A stretch of 60,968 nt of DNA from Catajapyx aquilonaris (taxonomy: Eukaryota). The position numbers and the translations under genes are program-made. This document shows positions 24,240 through 36,185 of the stretch, piece after piece. A model generated the notes under the pieces. That model made no database searches. It was not told where the DNA came from and saw only the letters and a program-made list of their open reading frames with translations. The stretch covers positions 1 to 60,968 of the forward strand of contig KZ538572.1 in assembly GCA_000934665.2 (NCBI GenBank). Reading direction: 5' to 3'. Positions within the stretch are counted from its first letter, which is position 1, and every line of letters starts with the position of its first letter.

Positions 24240-24593
24240 CACATCCCGTGACGTCACATGGGCGTGGCAGGACGGAAGCCTTGCAAAACAATGAGCATGA
24301 CGGGCATGAAGTGGCCCAGCGCGATGGGGTAGGGCCAGTGGGAGGTATAGGGATAGAGAGAGAGAGAGAGAAGGAAATGTGTCGCAGTGACGTCAGATCG
24401 GCGCAAGCGCCTCCTTCTCCACTTGTTATGAGAGAGAGAAACACAGAAAACAGAAGGGAAAGAGAGTCGGAGTAGGACGGACGTATAAAGAGAAAGTGGG
24501 TGAATCCGACTCATTAAAAAGAAGCAAGAAGAATTATCCACAAATTCACCCCAACCCCTCTGTCCAACTATTCATCTCAATTGCAAATAATAG
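24240..24593 (+). promoter_or_regulatory. IP6K promoter and non-coding first exon
   Basis: Two perfect CRE palindromes TGACGTCA (24249-24256, 24388-24395), GAGA run (about 24354-24372), strong donor AG/gtgagt after 24593; acceptor aaacag at 25927. Confidence 0.6.
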
Positions 24594-25954
24594 GTGAGTC
24601 TACACCTTTTCCCGTTTTTTGCTCCCATTTTTTATTTATTACAATCGAGTGGGTGGGTGGGTTGTAGTTGCAAGCCTGTCCAGTGACGTTGCATCATCGC
24701 GTGGGAGTATTATTTCGGGTTGTGGCCCAGGGGTTGTTGTTTTTGTGTAAAATGCTATAGTTGGCGAAGTTGGCAAAGAGCCCTCTAGTTGGCCCTCCCG
24801 AAGAATTTGGGCACGAGGAACGATACCCAGAGCGATTGTGGCGCCTCCCAGCGACCTGCATCCATTGGCTGGCTCAGAGCCAATAGGAGACCTCGGGCCT
24901 GTCGCCAGGCGGTCCTGTCGGCTCCCATTGATTCAATCCGACCCGAAATTCCCCCCCGCGACGGATGGGAGGCTCGCGGGGCTCCCGCCAAGGTCAAGGT
25001 CACCTGCAGGGACGAGGTCACACCAAAGAGAGGTCGGGGTCGCAACCCGACCTCACTTCGACCCGGACAAGGTCAGTTAGTGACATTGCCCGTGAAAACC
25101 CTTTTTTCTGTGAAATAATGCGGTCAGATTAGATATGCTCCACTTGGGAAATGTGTTTTACCAGACTGTCAATGACGCGTTGTTTACCTCGTTTATTATC
25201 AGAATTAACAGCGTGTTTGATTCTGTTATCAGTTCAGATCAAGTGATACCCAACAGTTTTGCAAGATGTTAACTAGAGGTGTCCGTGATTCAACCTCTGA
25301 CGTTCTCTGTGCCTGGAAACAATACGTTCTATTAGCTCCGGGCCGGACGTGCTTCCCGGCGAAACTATTGAGCCGACCTGGTTATCTAACACCCCAGGAT
25401 AAAGCAACATCTTATTCAACGTCCTTCATGCGCATTGAACAGATACTTTCACATAATTTATGAATCCAACTGCAGTTCGCGCCTAGACACCTTTGTGACC
25501 GCAAGGCATTCCTTTTCCTTATAAATATGAATAGACTTTCTAAGCAGGCAAATATGTAAATAGTCAGCGTACCGGAACAGTTCGTACCAGTGTGTAACCA
25601 CGACTCTTTAAGGACGTCTATAATCTGCGGCATCCTTGTGATTGTCTGTAAACACAGCGGATTCTTCCAACGGCATCCGGTATAACAAACAATGGGTCAG
25701 ATATATCTCCTTCAGTAGCAAACGGGACGGCACCCAAGTCTGTCTAATATCAGCGGACGTCATCAGGTCGCAAAGCAAAAATGGGGACGTCAGCACACAT
25801 TCTTGTAAGCGAGGGAGGTGCAATGTCATGTTAGTTGTTAAGTTAAGGGTACGGGTCTGTGGCACAACACCTGGCCAGATCCAAAGTCTAATTCTGGGGG
25901 AGTTAATTCGGTCGGTTCCCAAAACAGGCCGCGGGGACGCATCGCGGTGGTCAC

Positions 25955-28716
25955 ATGGTGAAGGAGGAGGAAGAGGAAGAGGAAGCTGGGGACGAAGCCA
26001 TGGAGCTGCAGCCCTTTCAACATCAGGTGGGTGGACATACCAGGCTGCTTCAGTGGGACCGAGCCACCGTGTGTAAGCCACTGGTGGGCAGGGAGGCTGC
26101 TTTTTACCTGCGGGCACCACCTGACCTTCGTGCCCTGGCCCCGGGCTACAAGGGGTTGGCCAGGATCCAGGCGGACAAGTCCGGAAGGCCGGCCAAGCTC
26201 AGCACACTATCACGACCGGCGCTGGACCATGCTACCACATCGGGGCAATGTGAGTTGAGACACCCTGTAGGTGCACTTCCAGCACTGTTTGTCAAATGCA
26301 AAAGGTTCGAAACACCTGTCCAGTGTTGTTGTTTATGTTGACTTCTCCGTGGTGCTGATGGTTGTGTAGCACCGCAGGATACCATATATTAAAAAATAGA
26401 TACACGTGTACGTACAAGGGGATCGCCTATCACCACTTCTAATTGAAGTGCGCGATTACTGCATATGAAGTATTTGATTGTGTGTGACAAAATGTACACT
26501 TGATTACCCCACTTGGCGTTATTGCCGTGATTTTATGGAGAAAACAATTTTTAAAATGCATTTGCGTGCTGTAAGTTCGCATGCTTGTTAAATAAGAAAG
26601 GTGCCGTGACAGTGTGACGTTGGTAAATTCATGTGGGTGGGGGGTTTTCGACCTTCTGCTAAAGTTCAGAAGCTGTCAGCAAGTCACCATGGTAACTTAT
26701 GGGAAATGCTTCGGGGGAATCCTGGCAGGCAGTATAGGCAGGATCGCTTTTCCAGCAAAATGTCGAAAATCCATTATTTTACACATGACGCAATGCAATG
26801 GCTGGTACGGGCAGATCAAATTTTGCTCAATATTTGGTTACGATTACTCACAAAAATCAACTCGAGTTTTCGAAAGCAGTTATCTAATGTGGAATGATGC
26901 GCACACTGAACCAACAAATAACTGTTATAGCCTATACAGTTTACATATGGTGAAGATTAGAATTTAACTGGCACCACTCATTGCAAGTTTAGCATTAAAA
27001 CTGGATTTGAACTATGTGCTATCTCTAGGTGCGATATAGTAGCTATAGAGGGAAATGTCTTTGTTTTTGTTGAACAATAGAGGTGGTTGACACCAACTGA
27101 TTGCTAGCCACCAACAAAAAGCCGAAGGTGGTCGTGGCCAAATCTCCGTGAATCACCAATTCGATAACCCCCGTGCTCCATTAGCAAAGTCGTAACCAGG
27201 TTGTTAGCCTTTGACTGTTTTGTTCATATAACGTATTTTGCGACTTCCCCTTGTTTGTCCGGTATTCTCATCTGCAGCCCCAGCCTTCCTGATAACGTTG
27301 TTTACTCCGGATAGTGGCAGTCGCCTCACGCATTTCAAAAGAGGTAACGATGCGAAATTCTGCACATTTCTATAACCCGAATTCTTGGCAGGAGACGAGA
27401 ATTTCGTCCCCAAAAAGCGTGGGAAGAATCTGCTTTTCATTCATAAATGCTACCAGAAATAGGTGTCGTGCCATGGAAGGTGCGTCATTCCAGGTTAAGA
27501 AATTGTACTCCGCTTCACCATTATCTGACAAAACGACCTCCAGTTTCCCGGGTGTAACTTCAGCTTCCAAGGTATAATGACAAATATCCTTCTTAGCCAA
27601 TACACAACGTCACATGCAAAGACCACAGTCATAGGCAGGAAACAGCCTTGTATTTGCGTCTTAACATCGCACTCAAGAGAGATTAGCTTATCTCATTTTT
27701 TATGGTCAGGTTCGTCTGTAAGATTTGTTGGAATTTTGTTTTCGCTGCGTTGAGCCAAACGCATTTGTCACAGAATTGGCGCCATATGTGCCGTCTGGAG
27801 GACATCTTAAAATTAATCAGGGATTATGAAGCCATACGCCTTCGTTTATGTAACCGGTTCACGCGCCTTAATCTGATTTTCTACGTCAGGTTTCATCCTC
27901 CTGGAGAATGTGGCTGCACGATTCAGACGTCCATGCGTCCTAGATCTGAAAATGGGTCGTCGTCAGCATAGTGACGATGCCCCGGCCGACAAGCGGGCTA
28001 GGCAACAAGCAAAGTGTGCCAATTCGACATCGGCGACACTTGGGGTTCGGCTGTGTGGTATGCGGGTCTTCCGACCGTCGGTGGCTCCAGATGTGGAGGA
28101 TGACGATGAGGAAGACGACGATGGGGATGCCAGATGGCTGGAGCGTGACAAGTACGTGGGTCGTCGACTGGATGCGGAGGGATTCCGTCGGGTCATGCGG
28201 CTCTTCTTCCACGACGGTGCTCACTTGAGAAGCGCGGTGGTCAGGATGGTCCTCAGAAGACTTGAAACATTGAGGGCTGTCATCCAGAAGCAGGAATCGT
28301 GCCGTTTTTACTCTTGGTTCGTTTGATAGCTTATCTGAGGTTGCTTCAAAGGGTGAAGCAAGTGGACCTAATGATTGCCCTTTGGTTACAGCTCATTGCT
28401 GATTGTGTACGAGGGGAGCGTGCGGGCGGGAGAAGAGGTGGAGGAGGAGGAGGAAGAAGAGACGGAGGAGGAGGAAGAGGCGTCTGAAGCATCGGAGGCG
28501 TCCGAAGGTGAGTCGGAGGCATCGGGGGCATCTGAAGAGATCCGGAAAGAGCGGTACCCTGGGGCGGAGGTTCGCCTGATCGATTTTGCTAACGCAACGG
28601 TGGGAGAGGAGGCCAAGGCCCAGTCTGCCCTGCACTCGGGGCCTGATTCCGGTCTGCTCCTTGGGCTGGACAGCCTCCAGCGCATCCTGGAATGTCTTCT
28701 GGCCCGTGACACATAG
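25955..28716 (+). CDS. IP6K: Inositol hexakisphosphate kinase, about 348 aa
   Basis: Exons 25955-26249, 27890-28316, 28392-28716. Motifs [29 protein letters not shown] (PxxxDxKxG), [27 protein letters not shown]. Confidence 0.93.
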
Positions 28717-29501
28717 GCAAGCCTTCTTCCCACCGTCACTGCCATTCAGCTCCCAGGGACCAAACTCGGCCGTTCATCTCGTGCTGCTGCTGTTGCTGCC
28801 GCTGCCTACACCACCGTAGGCTCCCTTCTGTTGGCAACCCTGCCCGGAGCGTTTAAATGAAGACTGTCCTCCAGAGGTACAGTGCACCTCAGGTGTAGTG
28901 GAGGAGCCGTCTGTTCCAGTTACCATTCCTCAAGTTCCACTCTCCTATAGTTCAGTTGCTCTCTAGCTCTTGCTAGTCCTTTGCCTCCTTTCTATAGAAT
29001 CTATTGACCCACTTTTTCCTTGCCTACTTCCCAGATGTCCTATTATTACCACTCTCACGTGGTCATTACCAATTTTAAATGTCAAATGCCCACTGGTATT
29101 TTTTTCGCATCACAAAAGTAGGCTAGACAGTCAGAAAGATGGTGTCTATTGATAGCATAGTAGCATACTGCCGAGTAAAAAAACAAACATTATGACATAA
29201 TGATTCTCTCCTACGGGTTTTAAGGCATCTCAGTGATGAAACTCAGTCCTAAAAGATTAGTATAAAAGAGGCAGGAATGTTATGATCCCAGCCTACTACT
29301 TTGCCTCCTCGGTGAAAGCCTACGTGAAGCATGGGGACAAATTGTCAGGTTATGATAAATGACATTATTTATTGGCGAGGTATTTTCTCTCTACATGTTT
29401 GTTTGTCCATTATTACTCCTCTCGCGGTCTGAATAATAAGACATTCCAACATTCAATCCGAGGAACATTGTCCAAGAGAGAATAATAATAAATATATTAT
29501 A

Positions 29502-29669
29502 CCTGGAGGCAAAGTTTCGCAAAGCAGGTTGCTAACTTCCTACCTTGGAAATCGAAACCCCGAGAAGGCACTATACTCTTGACCGTAGTATTCAAGAGAG
29601 GCTAAGAGTAACTAATGCGTCAAGAAATTCTGCAAAGGAAAAAACACTTTGCCAAACTTTGCCTCCATG
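29502..29669. mobile_element. Tc1/mariner-type MITE, 168 bp
   Basis: TIRs CCTGGAGGCAAAGTTTCGCAAAG / reverse complement CATGGAGGCAAAGTTTGGCAAAG (21/23), TA on both sides. Confidence 0.7.
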
Positions 29670-31036
29670 TATGCTGGTCACATTGACCAGATTTATGAAG
29701 TTTCAGTGTATATAGGTAGGCTGTGTCAGGCCATTAACATGTATTATGTTAGTATTGTTATTTACTAGGGATCCTGTTCATGCCATTACCAAATACTACC
29801 ATTTCAAAGAATTGAAATTTTTTTGTGGTCACAAAATGTCAGTACTTTCAGTGCCAAACTTACTTTTTTTGTATTGGTACAGACAAGTCCAGATTTTCAC
29901 AAGGTGGATTTTTCGTGGACGAAACCGGAACGTTTTTACTCATAGAAATATGATAGTGCAAAAGAATTTACTACAATTTTTTGAATGCCTTCTCTTTGTG
30001 GCATTGGCGCATTTTCCTAAGCAGAATGTACAGTTCCCTACCAAAGAGAAACAGGTTGGGCCCTTGTTAACTGGTCATGACATATGTTATGTGATAGATG
30101 GCCTGAGAAAGCCAATGACTGCTCCCAGCAATCTCAGTGGATCCTACAATAGTAGATACGTCTCCATGTTAGGTGTGAGACACTCGAGTGTGCCAGAATT
30201 GATGACTCGAGAGCCTGTTGCAGCTATTTTTGGAGTAGGGCTTGGATTACAAAAGCATTATTGTCACCAGTCCCTTCCTTGACTTAAGTATTTATTGAAA
30301 TGTGAATATAGAAATGGCTTCAGAAATATCAGTATTGAAATTTAACAATGTAAAATGGACTTGTTGGACATTTAGGGCTATGAAAATGAAAAAAAAGGTC
30401 ATAATTTTATCCCATGGTTTGTTATTCATTTTCACATCCTGTGTCACCTACCTTTGCAGATGCAGTACATGATAATATGAATTCAACACACTGCACACAT
30501 GAATATTCCAGACAATAACGTGACAAGCACTTGAACATTAATGACGAGCTCACATGCCTCAAAGGATAATAACTTCCAAGAAAGGTCAATGTACTTCCTA
30601 CAAAATATGCTCAAGGCTTCCCAAATGACCACAGTGTGTCACAATACAAATTGTACCATTGATGTAGTCTACAACTGGTGGTCATCTCCCTCCAAAGCAG
30701 GGGCTCAAGATTAATATGCAAAGATGAAAGTAAAAGCAGTTCCTTTTTTTAAAACATAAAGTGAACACCACTTTAGGTTAGCTAGCCTGCAATTTGTTTA
30801 TTATTATTATTATTGTATAGGTACACAGACATACGTGCGAATGTAAACACACGGAGGCTGTCCTCTGCACATATAAACATCGTTGGAATTACCATTCACA
30901 TCCCCAATGGACGAGGGGTGGTTTGGGGTTATTTATGGGGTGGGGCATTGGGAGTGGAATGGTGACAACCACACTCACTGGTGGAAAAACACCTCCACAC
31001 ACCAACTACAAGTCTGGTGGTTACAAACACACAGTC

Positions 31037-31070
31037 GCACGCACACTCACGCACGCACGCACGCACACAC
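31037..31070. repeat. (GCAC)n/(CA)n microsatellite in Ral 3' region
   Basis: gcacgcacactcacgcacgcacgcacgcacacac. Confidence 0.7.
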
Positions 31071-31669
31071 AACTGGCAGGCAGAGCCAAACAGACCAGGC
31101 TCCAATTTCGCAATGAAAACTCGTCACAAGATAGCGCAGCACTTTGGCTTGGTTCCATCCTCGTTCCCTGGCGCCCTCTGACCCTCTGATGACTTCCGGC
31201 TTCCGATGAGGCGCATCAGGTCATAAAAAGCCTGCAAGGTTTCATCGTAGAAGGAGAGAAAAATGTGAATGAGTTTCAGCATCTTCATGAACAATACTAG
31301 TCATACAGCAATGTGCCAAGAGCATTTTTTTGAAAGGAATACGTGTTTTAAGCGAGAGCCTCCAGAGAGATCCCAGTTGGCACCTTTCACATATTGTGGT
31401 GGAATGAATCCAAGCAACTTGTACAATATGGCAACCAAAGACACCCACAACATGTCTCCTGCACTACATCAATCAAGTCGGCCATGACACAACATCTGGC
31501 TGCATGCCTGAACTCTAATACGAACTGGGGTGGTTCCCTCCCTAAATGCAATTAATCAATGCACATTGAAAGCATGCAACACGGCAGGCAGGGTGGGAGG
31601 TAAAAGACAAATGAGTTTTATCACGCAAAACAAACACACAGACTGTTAAAAGCCAGGGATTTTGCCAAC

Positions 31670-33934
31670 CTAGAGAATTGTACACTTGAGCTTTTTCCTC
31701 TTGCGCTTCTCCTTTCCCTTGGAAGTGTTGAGCTTGGTGTCTTCCAGTTTGCGGGAACGGATCTCCCGCATCAGGTCGAAAAACACCTGCAAAGGTCGTG
31801 CCAGCATGGGGTCACTTTGGGGAACACCAGGAGGAACAAGCAGTGGATTCATGGGAAAACTTTGTGACTTAGGTAGCTGTAGGAAGACAGCCCCCTACAG
31901 TGGGTGGTGGGTAAAGAGTGCATGTACTGTATGTACCTGGTGTGGCGATGAAAAGCTCAGGGCCTGATGCAGGTGGACAGGGTGCTAGGATCCATCCAAA
32001 GGGAAGTTTTAAGAAGAGACAAAGAGAAGCGACTTAGGTGTCTACTTGGAACAACTAGAAGGAAAGGCCCTTTGCTTTGCCATAAGCCTGTAGAAAACTT
32101 TTTTCTTTATAATTTTTGAAAACGTTTGCAACTACTACACTTCCCCCTACCTAAGTGTGCATGTATCTACCTACATGTACTGCACATAAAAGTAGTTTCT
32201 TGAACCCTTCACATTAAAAAAAAAACTCATGCTGAAAATAGTAAATGATAAGAAACTTTTCCCAGAATACATATGCTACTTTAAGACATCTACATGGAGG
32301 GGNGGGGGGGGGGGGTGATGTAAAAAAAGTGCAACTACTCTGAAAAGGAAGTCACCTGCTGGCATCTCAGGTGAGAACAACATCCCAAATATAGACACAG
32401 GCGGATGGGGGGTGGGAAGTTAAAAAGCCCTGGAGGCAGAAAAGCCAGTCAGCAAACAACAGAAGAAAGCAACCCACAAAAAGCAACCAAAAAGCCATAT
32501 AACCACGACCCTTTTTCTCTAACCTTGTCCACATTATCCCTCGTCTTGGCAGAGGTCTCGACGTAGGGGACGCCCCATTGCTGAGCCCTGCCCTGGGCTT
32601 CCTGCAGGGAGACCTTGCGCTTCTCATGCAGGTCACACTTGTTCCCCACAAGCAAGAAAGGGATGTTATCGTCGTTTTTCACGCGTAGAATTTGCTCGCG
32701 AAATTCCTGCGTGGCCTGGAAGCTGTCATCTTCTGTGATGCTAAACACGCACAGGAAACCCTCTCCGCTCCGGAAGTAGTTGTCACGGATGGCAGCATAG
32801 TCTTCCTGGCCAGCAGTGTCCAGGATGTCAATCTGTACTTCCTCTCCGTCCAGGACCACCTTCTTCCGATATGAGTCTGCTTTTGTGGGTTCATAGTCCT
32901 CCACAAACTAGGCAATTGGACAAACGCCAGTCAGAAACATTGTGCACGTGAATTGTAAACAATAACAAAGTACACCTCAAGGCGATCCGCATCATCACCT
33001 GAATATTTTCAAGGCATGACTACACCCAGGAAGTATGCGTATATATCGAGACAATGCATCCATCCGGCGCCACCAAAAATATACAATGCAACTATGTGTT
33101 ATAAAAATATGCCCGAAGGTAACCTGTAACAGATCCGGCCAGTCATATAATACACGACCTTTTTTTCCCTCATGCCGCACCATGCAGTCAGATTACAACA
33201 GTAACCTTGGGGAAAATGCGTACATTCCCATCTGATCTGTAGGCTATATCACGTTAAGAACTTCGTAAAACTATCTTTATGGCATTTTCACAATCGCATG
33301 TTACCATGCTCTAGCAGCATGAAAGCGGCACATTTCTCACTAGACTCGACACTTAGAAGGTCACGGAAACTTTTTCAACCAAATTACTACATGCAGTATT
33401 TAATCAGTTCGGCATAGCATCGAAAATAACCGCCCTACTTTAGCTGACACAAATGTCAACATATCCGATGTATCGGATATCAAGTTTCCCTTTCATAGCA
33501 CCAAACACCACGTCCCGCTCTATTAAACATCGGAAAAACCCCTGCCACATCAAGTTATTTCAGGTCATATTATTGCTTTGCACCAGAGGAATCCTTTCTT
33601 CTCCGTGTCCTACAAACCCACTTATCACGAGACACCGTTGCCTTAGGTCCTGCCAGATGCTTCCAAGAATACTGAATCCCTCCATTAAAAATGCCCCGTC
33701 ACGTACCCCCAGGTTTAACAGGTGGTCACAAAGAAAGGCAGCTGCATACCCCTAGGGCGGTACCCCGATCTCATTTGCTTTGTATATGCTCGAAACATGC
33801 TTTCATTGGATGGGATACTTTACCTCGTCGTACATGAACTGTAGGGTAAGGGCCGACTTGCCAACACCACCGCTGCCCACCATGATGACCTTATGCAGCG
33901 CCGGTTGCTGACCACTCTTCTTCGACGATGCCAT
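31670..33934 (-). CDS. RalA: Ras-related protein Ral, 203 aa
   Basis: Exons 33934-33824, 32907-32524, 31786-31670. GSGGVGKS P-loop, YEPTKADSY effector loop, [17 protein letters not shown], polybasic tail with CTIL CAAX box. Confidence 0.97.
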
Positions 33935-35948
33935 CTTGTTCTGTCGAGAAGGATGATTGTTTGGTGGCGGCCCCCGGGCGACCCACCCCCTAATCCCCTT
34001 CCAGTGGCAGCCCGGGGGCAGCCTCTCCCTCAACCGTTCCAGCATGTCCCTAGCCGCCACTCGCACTTTGTCCATGATCACCAGCCACTAACAACCGCTT
34101 GCCCCCACGGATTTCTACCAACACTGAACACCTGTCCAGGATGGTTTCAACTCGACGGACTCTCTTTTTCCTTCCGCCTTCCTAGAGGCCACCAACCAGA
34201 AACCTCTCCCGTTCTTTTGGGCTACACCCCTTCCAGTTACATGCAAAAGGGCCCTGCCGTATGTGTGTGCGTTTCCCCCCCTTTTCCCAAGTCCCAGTTC
34301 GCATCTAACCAGAAGAATGGGGGACGTTGACTTCCTTCCAGGTCAAGGCAGTTACTACCTGTTCGACCCCTCCTCGAAGACCTTTTCCGCTCTGTCAACA
34401 CCTTATAAACACCGCCCTTCCCTTCTGCCAAGTGGAGCCGCACTTCCTTTTTAGATACTCTTCATTTCTCCTCCAATCCTAAATCTTGGGCGTTGATGTC
34501 ATTACTAGTTATCTGCACCGTTTGTTCAAGCTTGCGTATACATCATGGATAAATATTCGTCAATTTTTCCGCGTCCTAGGGCAGGGTGAACCAATAGTAA
34601 TAGTGGTATAGGTCAACACCCCTCTTATCATCAGCACGATGTACTTCAAACGGACAAAACCCATGGGAAGTACCATATTTACTTGTCGCAATTGCTATTG
34701 CTAGACTGAACACTGTACAGTACCAGCAAGCAGCCTTGTTCACATTCTGCCATTAAAAATGGGACGAGGCTTGACCTTGTCAGCAAAAGTGCACAAGTAG
34801 CATGCACCAAAGACAAAGCACAAATAAAAAAACGTGACACACACCACTGCGCATCCGAACTATCGCAAAAATCCTTCCCGCTATTTTGAACCTGGTCCAA
34901 GACGCAGCCGGATATTTCAAGCCCCATATTTAAATGGTTAATGCACTTTTATGTAATCAAAAAGGGCTTTGCCACTTAGCGCGCCACAACTGTATGTTTA
35001 CGTTGATACCTCTTTATAAATAGCAGCGCCCGCATTATCGCCAAAAAGCGAGCCAAAAAGCTTGAGAAAGGTCCTTAGAGGGCATGCACCTTATTCTTTT
35101 CCGCAAAGTTCCTTCTCGCAAAATGCCTTGCATGCAAAATCCAGGCAATTATGCATAATTGGCGCAACCGCACGGTTTAATGCGTACCGTACCACTCTGG
35201 TATGATAACGATTTTTTCTTTTCTGTGTGTGTTTTTTTTAAAGCCCATCGCAATCCGACAGAATGCGTCATTGGCACGTGCATGCCAAGGAAACGTCATT
35301 TCTGCGACAAGACACTGTAATATGTGGGCACGAACGCCATCTAGCAGCACGAATCGGTGCTAAAATGACGTCACCGTCGGAAAGGGCGTGGATAGCGCGA
35401 ATTAAAGGGGTTATTTTCTTATAAGAAAGGGGTGGAGGCCATGTTTTAAGCATAGGGGCGGCCCCGAGGCATAGTCGGGTCTGGAGATGCCCTACATTCT
35501 TGGATCGGTACATTTCTTCCCACGCATCCTTTATCAGCCAGATTAGGAGCAAATTGACACAAGGGTCGAGATAAGAGTGGGGGAGATCAGTCAGCGGCCA
35601 CGTCCCATTACTTCATGCCTGGCCCGTAATTTCTAAGCAATTGTTATAGCGGCTGGTGTCACCAATATTGGGCCTGACGTGACATCACTGCCCTTACTTG
35701 GACAGGATCCGGTTAGATTTGCGCCCACGCAGACGTGCCAACTGGGGGTAAATCTGCCTGGGAACAATCGAACACTGTCAATATGGAACGACAGTGATGC
35801 AGCTGTCAAGGCCCAGCTCTAATAATCACACTGATTAGTGCCCTACCGTTGCTCAGTGTACCCTCGTCCTCAAGATGGGTGCTGCACCCACCCCAGTACA
35901 CGCCCCGTTTCGCCGGCCACCAGGCACTAGGTTCGAACACTCTCTCAC

Positions 35949-36185
35949 CGTTAAAAAAAAATAATGTCCGGTAGGTGTAGAGACTGGTGGAATATTAAAA
36001 ATATGGTACGAAGACAGGACCGCAGCAGACACAACACACGCACCGGGAAGCCGCCGCCAGAGTCCGCCTGGAGCGGGGGGCTGCTTCTTCTTCTCATACG
36101 ACTTCTCGCCCGTCGTCATTAATCACGCACAAAAAAAAGAGTGGGACGTCATATGGTTTGGGAGCCAATCAGGGATGAGAGATGT
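35949..36185 (-). promoter_or_regulatory. Ral promoter and non-coding exon 1
   Basis: Minus-strand donor CG/gtgaga at 35948 and acceptor cttctcgacag/AACAAGATG at 33941; GC-rich with a CCAAT box and a CRE-like GACGTCA at about 36145-36172. Confidence 0.55.

Noticed and set aside
27370..27600. 76-aa minus-strand ORF in IP6K intron 2 with protein-like composition
   Set aside because: TTG start, no recognisable motif or splice context; a BLAST search would be needed
28714..28860. Open frame of about 47 codons after the IP6K stop
   Set aside because: TAG-G is a poor readthrough context and GC-rich sequence explains the lack of stops
29746..30282. 178-aa ORF between IP6K and Ral
   Set aside because: No recognisable domain, composition of translated AT-rich non-coding DNA, no promoter evidence
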